A stretch of 61,820 nt of DNA, the filler included, from Choristocarpus tenellus KU-1152 (Eukaryota; Protista; Phaeophyceae), in NCBI GenBank assembly GCA_964200185.2. It is 7 parts of 7 records of this genome, joined end to end, with 100 filler letters (N's around TTAATTAATTAA, not from the genome) between each part and the next. Parts side by side here need not be neighbours in the genome. Positions count along the whole stretch, not along the records: positions 20,039 to 33,705 come from CAXNAD020001413.1; positions 33,806 to 42,457 come from CAXNAD020004476.1; 5 more parts are not named here. One strand, given 5' to 3'. Below are positions 24,101-36,274 of the stretch, in pieces. A program made the translations under genes and the position numbers. Position 1 is the stretch's first letter. Each line of letters starts with the position of its first letter. Under the pieces are notes generated by a model. That model ran no database searches and was not told the DNA's origin. It was given only the letters and a program-made list of their open reading frames with translations.

Positions 24101-27100
24101 TGACCTGCCTGAAGGGGGACATAGCCGCCATACAGAAGGTATATTTAACTCTTCTAAAGGGCTGAGACATGGGCCACAACTATTGTATCTACAATTAGTT
24201 GGTCTAGTGTTGCTTGCTAATAGTCTGTTGCAGCCGTTGTGGTCTGAATGTATGTGCATTGTATTCTCAAGCCCACCTCCTTGAAAGTGCCCATTTTAAT
24301 AGTCTTGAGTGGTCTCCTTTTGCAGGACTTGGTAACCATTGAGGCACTGACAGCACAAGAGGAGAATGCCAACGCTGAGAAGCAGGGTGGACTTAACCTG
24401 AAGAATGGGGGGAGGGTTGCTAGCCCAAGAATGTGCTACATGTGCTTTGATGACTTGGACATTGCTGAGAACCCACTGGCAAGTGTGCTCCCAAAATGAT
24501 TTGGGTCAGTGACCTCTTATTGACAATGAACTTTTCTTAGCGGTACCTCGATGAAATGGATTGAAGTGACAGTGATTGTAGTGCTGGCATTTGCTGTGTC
24601 CTGTAAATGACTTGGCTTGCAACTTGCTGGGTACTCCCTGTTCTCATTATTTTTACTTGCAGGTTGCACCATGTGAGTGCAAGGGTGACACGCGATATGT
24701 GCACCTCAACTGTCTTCAAAAGTGGCACACAACTACATCTGAGAACAAGGTGAGAATTGGTTAAATCTCCAATATGCTGGGTGACCACTCTGGATGTGGT
24801 AAGACTATTATTTTGTGGCATTTGTGTGTTCCTTGTGAGCACATCAGTACCGAGTGTATCATATTTCATTAGGATGGTACTGTATATTATTGACATCTCT
24901 GATGATCAATTGGTGATAGGAATAATCTGATTTGCAGGTATGTATATTTAGAAATGCCATTTTTTTGTCCCCCAGTCCATTCTGTTGTCTGTATTGTATG
25001 GGAAAGCTTTTGCATATTCATGCACAACTTTTGCTTGAATCCTCTATGTATGTTGCCTATCCAAAGATTTTGAGTGAACCACTATGGCATCTTTTTATGG
25101 TGTGTATGTGATGAGTTATTTGTAGATGCAGTTCATCTCTCCTATCTCAACAAAAGTTGATGGCCCAGTATTTTTTTTCCATGGATGTGTTCTTGTGGGG
25201 ATTGTGCTGGGGTTTTTATATGCTGTAATGCTTGTAAGTGCAGTAGTGTAGTATGCTTTTCATCCCTAAAACTTCCTTATTTATCCCCACCTCCATAATA
25301 CTGGACATAATTTTCAAGTGTTTAATATCCCACGCTGTCCAATGCAAAAGGTTTGCATTGTTCTCAACAACAAGGGTGTGAGGGTCTGCACTGTGTGCAA
25401 ATTCCCCTACAAGGCAAGTGTCCGTTTACCAGGGGGTGAGAGCATATCGCTGTTCCAGAGCCCTTTGCCTCCACCATATATCTGCTTCATGGTGGTTACT
25501 CGACACCAGAACAATGAGGTGACTGAATTGACTGAATTAGTAACAATGAGGTGACTGAATTAATAACAATGAGGTGACTGAATTAGTTAAAGCTGGGTTG
25601 ATAGTTGATGTACTGATGCACTACTTGCTTGGATGTGTTTGTCTTATCATTTATCTTATTCACTCTGTGGTGTTACCTTTGCCATAAGTAATCCAAATTA
25701 CAACTTTCTGATGTTTTGCATTATGTCCTGGAACAGTAGTGGACAAGTATCCCCATGATAAGTATCCCCACGATGCACTGCATTTTCTAAACTCATTTGT
25801 TTATTTGAGAGTTCCTCAAAAAATTGACATTTTTTGTAAACTTGAACCAGATGGTGTTATCTTTCGACTTACGACTCTCTTGTAGTCTCCATATACAGTG
25901 CTTAGTCAGGTCTAGAAGGACCATGGTCGATGTCCTCTTGATCATGTTAAGTTGTCACCATTTCGTTGAGTTGAGCTTTTAAGGTGTTTTCAGTTTTCAT
26001 TGTTCAAAATGTTGAGAACTTGTTGGTTTGATCATATCCTGTGTGAACTTATTTGTGTGAGGTAAATTGAATTACGGGTTTGTGCACAACACTTAAGGCA
26101 TCATATTGAGCTGAACTGTTTTGCATGTGATAAATTTTGACAGCAGTTAAGTGTGTTGAGAACAGAATGTCAGGATGAAGTGGTGTACTGACACATGCTA
26201 TGAGAATGAGATATTTTCTTAATACCACCACTAGGTGCTGGTAGGGGTGTTGGTTGTGATCGTGGAAGAGCAATTCATATTAGGAGACTAGCGTTTTTTT
26301 TAATAAATGATATTGCTGGTCCCTATAGGTATTTTGGGTAAACCTTACTGTTCTGGTGTCATACATGTAGCCATGTGGAAGGTTGTATAGTGGCTGTCAG
26401 CTATTGGACATGCAAAGGATGGCATAAGAGTTCAACTTGTCTGTTTTTATGTGTACTGAAACTGTTCCAAGTGTAATCATGAGTGGCCAATGTGCTTGCT
26501 GATGCCCATTATCTCATGACATACCTTTGACATTGAACTTGCAGTTGTGAATAACCTATCAAGAGGGACACAGCTTTCCTGTTGTCTTGATGTATTCGAC
26601 GTCCTGCACTGGCATTAATTGCCCTGCCAACTGGATGAGCTCCTATTAACCTGTGTTCGTTGTGGTCATTTGTGTCCTGTTATTGTACTTCACGTGTTAA
26701 AGTTGTTAGTTGGCTGTGGTTCCCACATACTTTTTTATTGTTTCAATCAGCTGTACATTTTAAAATGATTATCTCAACCCCTTGAATGTTCACTCTGTGT
26801 GACAGAATCATGTACTGTACACTACTCAATGTTCTATGCTTTTTTGTGAGTGGATTAGGAGGGGATTGAGTTTTCTGGTACTCAAAGCATGCTTCTAGTT
26901 TTGTGGTCAGGTTGTGACAGTCGAACTTTCATCCTGAGGTAGTAAGGATGAAATACACTGAACTCTCATTTGGCCTTCACCTTGTTTGGTCTACACTTTG
27001 GAGCAGGAACTCTTCAGCACTAAGTACCAGCTAAGCTTTAGCAGTGTGATGAATCGCACAGGCACAGCTAGTACCAAAGACCTGGTGGTTGGTCGTTCTC

Positions 27101-28304
27101 GACAGTGTGACATGGTCCTGGACTATAGGTTAGTGTTTCATTCACCATTTGAGGTGTTGTTGGGAATAAATGAGTTTTTCTGAAATATATGCAGGCAGGT
27201 TTAAGTTACGTTTTTTATTGGTATTTGAAATATTTAGTAATGAGATATGTGGAGCCAGGGTGACAACACTCATTATCTCACTGCAACTTCAAAGTAATAG
27301 TATGTCGAATGTGTTCTCTTTTGTGTTGTTCAGGACAGTATCAACGAAGCATGCAAGTGTACGATACCAGGGAGGAAGGTTCTACTTCTCAGACCTCATG
27401 AGCAGCAATGGGAGCTATCTGTAAGCAAGTTTGATGAGAAATAGTTGAACTTTTTTGCTAATTCCTCTACATATTGGGTCAGGTTGTATTGGATACTCTA
27501 CTGCAGTAGGGTGAAAAGTAGTTTTAAAACAATAGAACTGTCACTTACCCAGCTTACACAGGATTTGTTATCTGATGCTGTAGAATATGTGATTGCAAGT
27601 GCTTCATTGGAACATGCTTGTCAAGATGAAATTGAGTTTTGGGTGTTGAGGTCAACCTGAGATTTTGTGAGTATGATGATCAATTAATTCATTTTGCACA
27701 AGTTTTTCTAGTGCATTTGGTTAGTCTTCTGACTACAGACTTGTTGGTGTTAACAATTCCATTGTTCAATGTTGTTGATGCCATAAATATACCCTCAAAA
27801 CATGGCCCTCAGGTATCTTCGTGAGCCCTTACAACTACCTTACGGGGAGACAGTGTACCTGAAGTGGGGGTCCAATGTTGTATCACTCAAGGCAAAGCGA
27901 TCCATCCGTCATCGTCTAAGCAATTTTGTCGGGCGCCGAACAGTGGTGAGTATGGGTAGAGAGTATGCAGTCTGCAATGTAAGCCAGTGGTTGCAATTGT
28001 TGAAATCAAAGTTGGTTGGCATGAATCGGCCACTTTCTGTTTCACTTCTGTAAGTAGTTGTGTAACAGTGTACAAAGGTTGGCTGGTTGTAGTAATTATA
28101 GTAATGCAGTAAAGTATTCTGTTCATCTTTCAAAATTCTCTGGATCATGTTCAGGTGGCAAGCAAGAAGGATGGAGGGGCACCAGATTTTTCCATGCTAG
28201 AGAGCTTGTGTGAGATGGGGCAATCCCCCACTGCAGAGGGAGCACAGGATGGAGGAATTTCTGCTATCACCGCTGCTACTGGTACTGCTCCAACTAGGAC
28301 GTGA
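21116..28304 (+). CDS. FHA and RING-CH (RINGv/MARCH-type) domain protein, putative E3 ubiquitin ligase, 11 exons
   Basis: Exons 21116-21732, 22247-22404, 23370-23530, 23962-24138, 24326-24478 (GC donor), 24663-24749, 25351-25518, 27007-27128, 27334-27420, 27813-27945 and 28155-28304, all in phase. RINGv: CYMCFDD...NPLVAPCECKGDTRYVHLNCLQKW...CTVCK. FHA: VVGRSRQCDMVLDYRTVSTKHA...DLMSSNGSY. A degenerate FHA-like segment (YELKLGNFLRIGSVGVVV) precedes the RING. Confidence 0.9.
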
Positions 28305-31300
28305 TGCAATTTCGATAAAGCCTCACAACCTCACAGCAGCTAGGAGTGACAGGTTGATAAGGTGCCTTTGCTTTGACTGTCAAGAAACAATTACACCATA
28401 TTGCAGTGTGGTGCTTTTGTGAGGAAATGTATGCTCGCATGAATTGCTCGTCAGGGAATGCTGAGGGGATTAAGTTAGTTTGGGGAAGGTTTACATTCAC
28501 TTGACCTTCGAAGGTGGGTGGCATATAGTGGGTAAGGATGGGTTTGCTAGTATTTGCCTATGACATGTAGAGAGTTGGTGGTTTGGAGATCAGTGTTAAG
28601 GAACAACAGTTTGAGGACCTCAAACTGCGCACCACTCAGACGAAGAGTTAAGACTACATTTTCATCCGTCTCCATTGTGAGCTTTGATACACAAGGCCAG
28701 GAGATACAGTATATTTACTGCTCCATGATCGTTGTGTGGCTCAGGCATTTTTCACACAGAGTGACTGACTTCTAGCAACTTTCTAGCCCAAAATGTGTTC
28801 AGCATTTTTTTTTTGTCTCATTAGCTTACTTACGACAGAGCCTGCAACATCGCCAATGCACACTGCTTCTGAACGGCCCAGGCACTTTAGTTAATGTTAG
28901 TGCAATTGGTCCCAAAAAAAGTTTTATTGCCAAATTACCTGTTTCAAGTGTCAAAATGTGTCCATTGTGTTTCGCTGTTTGTGATAAGAAAGGACCAGGA
29001 ATATGTCCATTCGTTTGAATGTTGTCCACATTTCATAGGTCTTGCACGCTCATCGTGTGTTCATGTAGTGTTTTTTTTTTGTACAAGTGCCCACTACACC
29101 TCTACATCTATTTTGGCAGTAAACACTGCTCTGTACAGCAGTAAATGCCCCATTACTGGTATACAGTTTCTAGATTCAATCAAGACAGCAAGTAACAAAT
29201 TGTTTTGTCTGAGTTGATCTAGCTCGAAGATGTTCAAGCTCTTCACCAATCCTTGAATAGTACTGAAATGGTAGAATTATTTTTCCAGGTTGGTTTCTGA
29301 AGCAGTTAGGGAGGGTTTGAAGGGAGTGCATAACAGGGACTGAAGCTATGAGAGAGCTTGGCTACAGACGAGCATGATTATTGGACAGTGGAGGACATGT
29401 TACTAATAGGAGATTCATGTAGCTGAAGGAATTGGGACCTGGGTCTAGATCTCTCTCCCTCAGGAGCTATGGAAACCACTGCTGTCCCTTAAAAGCCCAA
29501 AACAAGTAGTAAGTGTTGTGGATCATAGTGATTGAATTGCTATGATTGAATGAATAAAAACATCGACAAAAACTTCCACTGGGTTTGGTTCTCATTTGCT
29601 TTTTTGGGTGTGTGTACTAGGTGCTTTGCTTGAATTCCTCCAAAGCACTTTATGCTTTGTGCACCTTGCTTTTCACTGCCTACGCAAAATCCACTTCGAA
29701 TCAATTGGACCCCAACATTGGCAGTTTTGGGGTTGGTTTACTTGATACATTCAACGTGATTCACATTTTAAGTCGGTTAACACTTGGAAGGGACTACGAT
29801 AGTGGTACTTTTACATTAGAACATAACAAGTTGATTCATTCCTCAAGGTTCCTATTCATAATTCACACTTAACATCTCTCTCTCCACAAGTCAGTGGGTT
29901 CAATTGTGTCACATCATAAAGATGGGTAAGGTAGGTGATTCATACCACAGTTAACAGTCACTGCGAGCAGTGCATTTGTGGGCATTCAATCGTTTAATAT
30001 GTTAATATTCCAGAGGAACCTGGTGAGCAATGAGGTACACAAGTGCTACAAAACAATGTGCTGTCCCATCCAAGTTGTGTGTCAATATTAGTGAGTGCGT
30101 ACACCTGACTGTTGGTCTTTTACTGCCCATTAACTCCTCAATAGAAGTGCTACTGCAACGACGCACTCTTTTGGTCAAAGGTGAGACAAGTGCCTGCACC
30201 ACCAGCCCAAGTATAAGTCACATCACGACCCCCAGGGTCTTCACTCGAGTGACCTAATGAAGTCCAAGTTTCTTCACGTGACTGCACACATTTCATCAAA
30301 GGATGGACAACCATCCCCCCTTCTCCCTGCCCTGCATCAGAGAGAAACTTTGAGTTCTCGTTTGAGGGTTAACTCTATTGCTGTGAACATGTCTTCTATG
30401 CATCAGTAACATCTTCCGCTTGATTACAAACTGGAACTCTTCCACATATTAAACCCTTTACTATTCTGTACTAATTGTGACATCATAGCTATACATAGTG
30501 CTGGTATTGTGCTTGTTGGTGCCCATTTGGAAAGTCTCCAACACAAAGCGGGCCAAATGCCAATCTTGACATTGAAAAGCTATTTTGATTGGGGTTATGC
30601 ATTAGCCACAGTGACCATCACCTTGCCAATGTGAAACTTCCACTGAACATATGAGGTCTCAGGTATCCCTTCCTAGGAAACATGAAATTCTTGTCCTCAT
30701 CCGTCATGAGACACAATCTTAACTAGTCCACCTTAACGACGTCAACACTTCGTCGAATGTCCCCAACTGTCTGTCCGTTTGGTCACAAACAAAGTCGATC
30801 TATGCACCTTATTTATGTCCTTGATTGAGAGAAGGGACCGGCCAGTGGCAGTTGCGTATAGTCCCCATACCCTTTACCCAACGCGCAAATGTGTAGACGG
30901 AGTGATGCCAGGATCCTCTCATACGTGTCTCCAATTTCGTATTGCATACTTGGCACGCTACAGTCGTTCATGTAAGAGGAAGGTTTGAGGGGACAAACGA
31001 ACCCCAACAGGTGTCATGGATAGCAGTTCGAAGACTTCCAGGCGTTTTCAAGGGTTAAAATTGACCGTTAAGAGTATCTGTCCACTCACTCTGCTGTGCA
31101 CTCTCGCGTGTTGGAGATGGGAAAGGTTTTAGAGTGAGGGAGGACAGCGTTTACATTTGGTGCTCACCTCCACAGAATGGACAATGCTTGGGAAAGTGTT
31201 TTGGACCAGATCGTGAAAGGTTAAACTATGCAGTTCAGCGGTATTTCTGCGGCATAGAGGCTTCTATCTCAATGGGATCCTTGTGAAGACAGAACCTTCA

Positions 31301-31452
31301 TGCTGATTAAGGATGATAAAAAAAGCCAGTTGCGTAAAATAAAAATCTCATCCAAACGTGAAACGGTCAAGCAATCTATACTGACTCTCCTACAACACCT
31401 CTATAGATCCGACACATGGTGCAGCTACGATGACGTTAGGCGGAGGTTAATC

Positions 31453-32013
31453 ATGTGGGGAAATGTGGGGGAAGGAGTTTTTTCTCGTCCTAGTTGGCAC
31501 AACGTGCCACCTAGAGTCGTCAGACCTGCTCGAAGACCAGACTGGACCTGTGTGATTGTTATTGGAATTTTTCTTTCCTGTATCCTCAACTCATGTGTGG
31601 GACTTGGGAGTGGACGAGATGGTGAGAAGAACCAGACCTTCCGATTCTAGCTCAATATCCTTGCTAGACCTAGAAAACACCATGGGTTGACACACGCACT
31701 CGTTGGAATTGACTTTGTCAGAGGTATGACTGGTGTCCCTTTGCGACCGATGCCTTGCCTCACTTATGTCACACCAATGATCCTCCAAACTACAGGGCTC
31801 ATGTGGAGTTCCCGACCATTGACCGACTGTCGACTGGAAGAATCGGGAGTGTGGGTCGAAGTACCAGACATGGTTGTGACGATTTCCGTGGGAAATCAAG
31901 TGTCAGTCCTTGTCTCATACTCTATGGTTGTGACTGCCACTCAACCCCAGTTACCAGGCTCTTCTTTCCTATCTGACGTTCAAAACAATGGAGGCGGCCG
32001 AGATTTCTTGCAG
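31453..32013 (+). CDS. 5' exons of a hypothetical membrane-anchored or secreted protein
   Basis: Exon 31453-31621 (hydrophobic WTCVIVIGIFLSCILNSCVG) splices in phase 1 to 31796-32013 (GLMWSSRPL...WVEVPDMVVTISVGNQVSVLVSYS...DFLQ), which ends at a GT donor. Confidence 0.5.
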
Positions 32014-34580
32014 GTGTATTAATAGGAAAAGTACAGATAGTCTGTTTTACATATTTTTAACACCAGAATATAGTTTTAGAGCGGGAATAGGAATTTGATG
32101 TGTTTGTTCAGTGCATGCTCTCCTCATCAAGAAGTTGTAAGAGGATGAGGGACTAACCTATCAACAAGAGTATCACTACTACAAGCTGGAGTGAACTCTC
32201 TTTAAACAATGCATATGAGTCAAGTGGTACAATGTCATAGAGAAAGATAGTGTCTCAAACCTGATCCAAACCATAGACAAGCATTCTATGTGACAAGACA
32301 AACAAGACATTCACCTATGTTTGTAGCCAACACATATTTTTGTCCTAAGTGAACTCTGCAGAAGAGTGCAACCATCATCAAATGAGAATTGACAAGAGGC
32401 TTTGTTTTAATGTTCTCTGGACTGTCCTTGTTGGGGTGTTGTGACTGTGTTAATGGCTACTGTGATTCATGCTATTATAAGTTGATTCTGGACATCTCAA
32501 GAATTATCTGCAGTCTATATATACTACGTAGTGTAACAATATATGAAAGGGTAGGGGGTATCCTTGTCCATAAAGATTAAGTTTCTAATATCCAATGAAG
32601 TTATCAGGGATCAGCAAGTCTGTAATTCTAGTTAATGTGAAGAACTTGTAGGAACTGTAGCAAATCTCAAAAGGAGCAAGCACATGCAGCTGCTTTGAAA
32701 TGATATGGTTTCACATACTACACTGCCTAAAATATTTCTCTTCCTTTTGACCAGTTCTGGCAAAGTTATTTGAAACACTTAACTGCTTTGTACAACTTGT
32801 CAATGCCCCTTTGTTCAACTAGTAAAATACCTACAACATAGAATGTCATACAATATTCAAGATGATGGGGAGAAGGCGTACTGACAGTGGACACTGAAAC
32901 CAGCTCCTTGCTGGCAAGATATTGATGCATAAATTCGATTATAGCCTGATGCATATGCTAATGGTAGTGATCAATAAAACCTTTATTGTAATACGTAGTT
33001 GTAAGGTAGTGTCTTCTGGTTTACAAAAGATTTGGTGCCCGAAAATTGCTGATAAGTGCATGCGGGGTGTGTGTGGTATTTTCTTCAACTATACTTGATC
33101 AATATGAAGTCTGGTTTGTGAAATTTTGTCTGAAGTTTGATATATGTACTATAATTCAAGGTGACATGAAAATTTTGTGCTTTGAATATTGGTTGGATAT
33201 GTGAAGGATTGAATCCACTCATAGGTATTTCCTGATACCAAACAAGGAATCAGAATACGAATCGACAAAAGGGTGCTTGAGAAAATACACCCTGCATGGG
33301 AGTATTTAGTGATTTTTGGGTGTTTATTTGATTTTTGTACACCATATCAGACTCAGGATGTAAGATCCAATAGTCCATACACTGTGATAAATATATAGTT
33401 ATATAATTGCATGAAAATGGCACACATCCCCTAGGATTGGATCATGTATGTCCTTACAACAATGGATGATGTGCTTTCATGCTTGAAATAGGATGCTACT
33501 GGAAGCAAAATTTGACAATATATAATTTCTTCTGCTGAGCCTGGGTCCCTGAGTCCCTTAGACCCTGGGTGCTTTGATTGCCATGTGATGGTGCACACCT
33601 CACACTTTTTTCTTTCTGACTCAAGCATCTGGGGGGGGGGGGGGGGGGGGGGGCCCGACACAGAGGGGGCATGGGGGGGAGGGACGGAGAAAAGCGCCGC
33701 AAATTNNNNNNNNNNNNNNNNNNNNNNNNNNNNNNNNNNNNNNNNNNNNTTAATTAATTAANNNNNNNNNNNNNNNNNNNNNNNNNNNNNNNNNNNNNNN
33801 NNNNNATTGCACCTTCCCATATTTTTGGGGTAACGAGTGCCCCCTGGGGAAGACCCCCCCCCCCCCCCATAGATACTTTGGGTCTCAGGAAAAACAAAGA
33901 TCCCAAAAGCCTCACATGTCTTTCAAAGTACTAATATCATCACAGCCATCATGTACCTGTAGAAAATACCTGAGAAGTATAGTGTCCATGCCATTTTTGT
34001 GTACATTGTGCTATTAATACTAGGGTGTTCATTATTATTGTCTATCGATGCAGCGCACAACCAGGGTATGGCAGTCAATAGTCTTACACACAAAATGCAC
34101 TGTTTTCAGGCACTTGACTCTGCGCTCTGAAGTAATATCTACATACATTGTATTCACAGGCACACGATCAATATGTTACACTTGGGTGACGAGTTCATCT
34201 TCCCTTGACACAAGTAGCAATAACCACCTCACTACAGTCACACATAGTGTACTCACCAGGGACATCATGTAAAATGCACAACAAAGCATTCCCGCAGTTG
34301 ACCTCGCAATAGTTACATGTATGTACATATGGTCACTTCCTGAACAAAACCTGAAACAACAGTGCTCCTTTTTACTATTCATGTAACTTTTCGGATCAAA
34401 CAGCTAGTGCCTGAGTCCGTGTCCAATATTTTTTTTACAGTTTTTATCTCCCCTTGGTCAAGTCCATAAAGTGTGATGTGAACTGTACCTGTGGAATAAA
34501 AAGAGCTAATGGGTGACAATGGTTCTTTGTATCTGCACCCACAGAGTGTGCTTCTTCATGCTTGGTTGCATCATTGTTAC

Positions 34581-35330
34581 CTCGCCCTGCTTCATCGTGG
34601 CCTCATCCCTCATCTTTCTCTCTCCAAATACGGCCTCTGATTTGTCAAGTTTTTCAAGTGCCACTGCTCCACTGAGCCGATGGACAATTATATTTCAATG
34701 CCTTTACAAACTACCTCCCCCCTCCCTCGGCCAGGCACCTCATGGTCGGGTTCCTGTGCTGAACATGGACGTTGTGATGTGTTGTGAGATTGAAGTGGCA
34801 ATGAATGTGAAAGATAAGACTGGAGTTTCCTCGTTTGAATGCAGTCCGAGTAGGATTGGAGACGGAAATAAATACGTTTGGTCTAGGACATACACAGAGA
34901 ATCTACAAGTTCAGAATGACAATTGTGGAACCAACTTAGTCCGGGACATTCTACGTGTATTCTATTTGGGAGGGGGGAGGAAAGGGACTGGCAACGGAAT
35001 CAGACAGTAACATGGGATGTTCCTATTCTGACATTGCAAATATCGCACAAAAAAGGAAGTCGATTTTTCTTGTTGTTCCAGAGGACTTACCTCTTCAGGC
35101 AGTGATGAATGTCTGCCATCCCGCATTTGGGGTGCTGTGATAATGTTCCGAAATTCCTCCCCCAAACTGTAATGATATTTTTCCTCCTGGTCGTGCAAGG
35201 GTGGAGGGTATCTGGTCCTGAAACAGTGTGGGCAGATCCTATTCGTTAGCTCTTTTGAGGAGAATGTACCCCGCTGTCCGAAACCTCGTGGAGGACGTTT
35301 ATCACTATTTCCTGTTCTTTTTTCATCCAT
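34581..35330 (-). CDS. Hypothetical spliced gene (3 phased exons, partial)
   Basis: ATG at 35330. Exons 35330-35091 (GTAAGT donor), 34902-34739 and 34671-34581 join in frame. No family recognised. Confidence 0.4.
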
Positions 35331-35748
35331 GGCCTGATGAACTTGGTGTTGCAGCATCTGACCCCGTGTGACAATATGATCACCAGGCGTGTGTAGAGGT
35401 AGGTAAACCGTTGAGTGTTGAGCTAGGTTGACTTTCTGTGTTTGAAAAAAAAATACAAGATGCGCCTGGTCCAAGGCTAGGTATCAGATCTTCAATGCAA
35501 ACTGAACATTTGTTCCCATGCTTTCCAATGCACACTAAACTCCATTCCTTTGTCTGATTTACCCTATACCCCTTGTTCTTCATACATCATAGAAAATAAT
35601 AGCCCTCCCAAACCTACTTGTAGATATTAGACACCACTCTGAACAAGTTTGCGGATATGTTGCACTTGATAACTGAACACCTACTCAAGTTTGCATTAGC
35701 CGAAGGTTTGACTTGAAGAACTTATTCCACAATACAAGAGGTGTGTGA

Positions 35749-35924
35749 GGCTCAAGGTATCTGGAGGGGGGGGGGTCTACACCGGGTTACCCATTCGGGT
35801 CCTGACCAGGAGAAGTGAACTTACATTATCCATCCGATGGATGCAACCCAATCACTCAAAAATCGTGACATGGAAAAGTGAGCTCCAACTGGACAGCCAC
35901 CCTCCTCCCCAGGTACTTTGAGCT
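35749..35924 (+). mobile_element. MITE family B (about 180 bp), diverged copy
   Basis: GGCTCAAGGTATCTGGAGGG...CCCCAGGTACTTTGAGCT. The interior is homologous to 42825-43005 and 50588-50769. Confidence 0.8.
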
Positions 35925-35994
35925 TAGGGAGAGGGACCTGTCCATACACTCCACAAAAAATAGTGTACTAAGGCACTCAACCACACAACACATA

Positions 35995-36254
35995 GAGCCA
36001 AAGTATCTTAGAGGGTGGGCCGCGTCCATTTGGGTCCAAAATCCAATGTTGCGATTTTGATGTAATTTTGGCTATCGTGATTGTTAGGAAGTGTCAGTAT
36101 CCTTGTTCCAGTCACAACCTTTCACAACGTACACATTTTACCTGCTCCAAAAAATTTTGGAGTAGGAAAATGTTATAAAAAACCCATGGGAAGCCAAGCC
36201 CCACATGGACAAACAGGGCAAAACTCGTACCCTAACCCTAAGATACTTTCACTC
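35995..36254 (+). mobile_element. MITE family A (about 260 bp)
   Basis: GAGCCAAAGTATCTTAGAGGGT...AAGATACTTTCACTC. Homologous to 52581-52839 and 56745-57002. Confidence 0.88.
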
Positions 36255-36274
36255 GTTGCTATGCCCTGTTTTAG

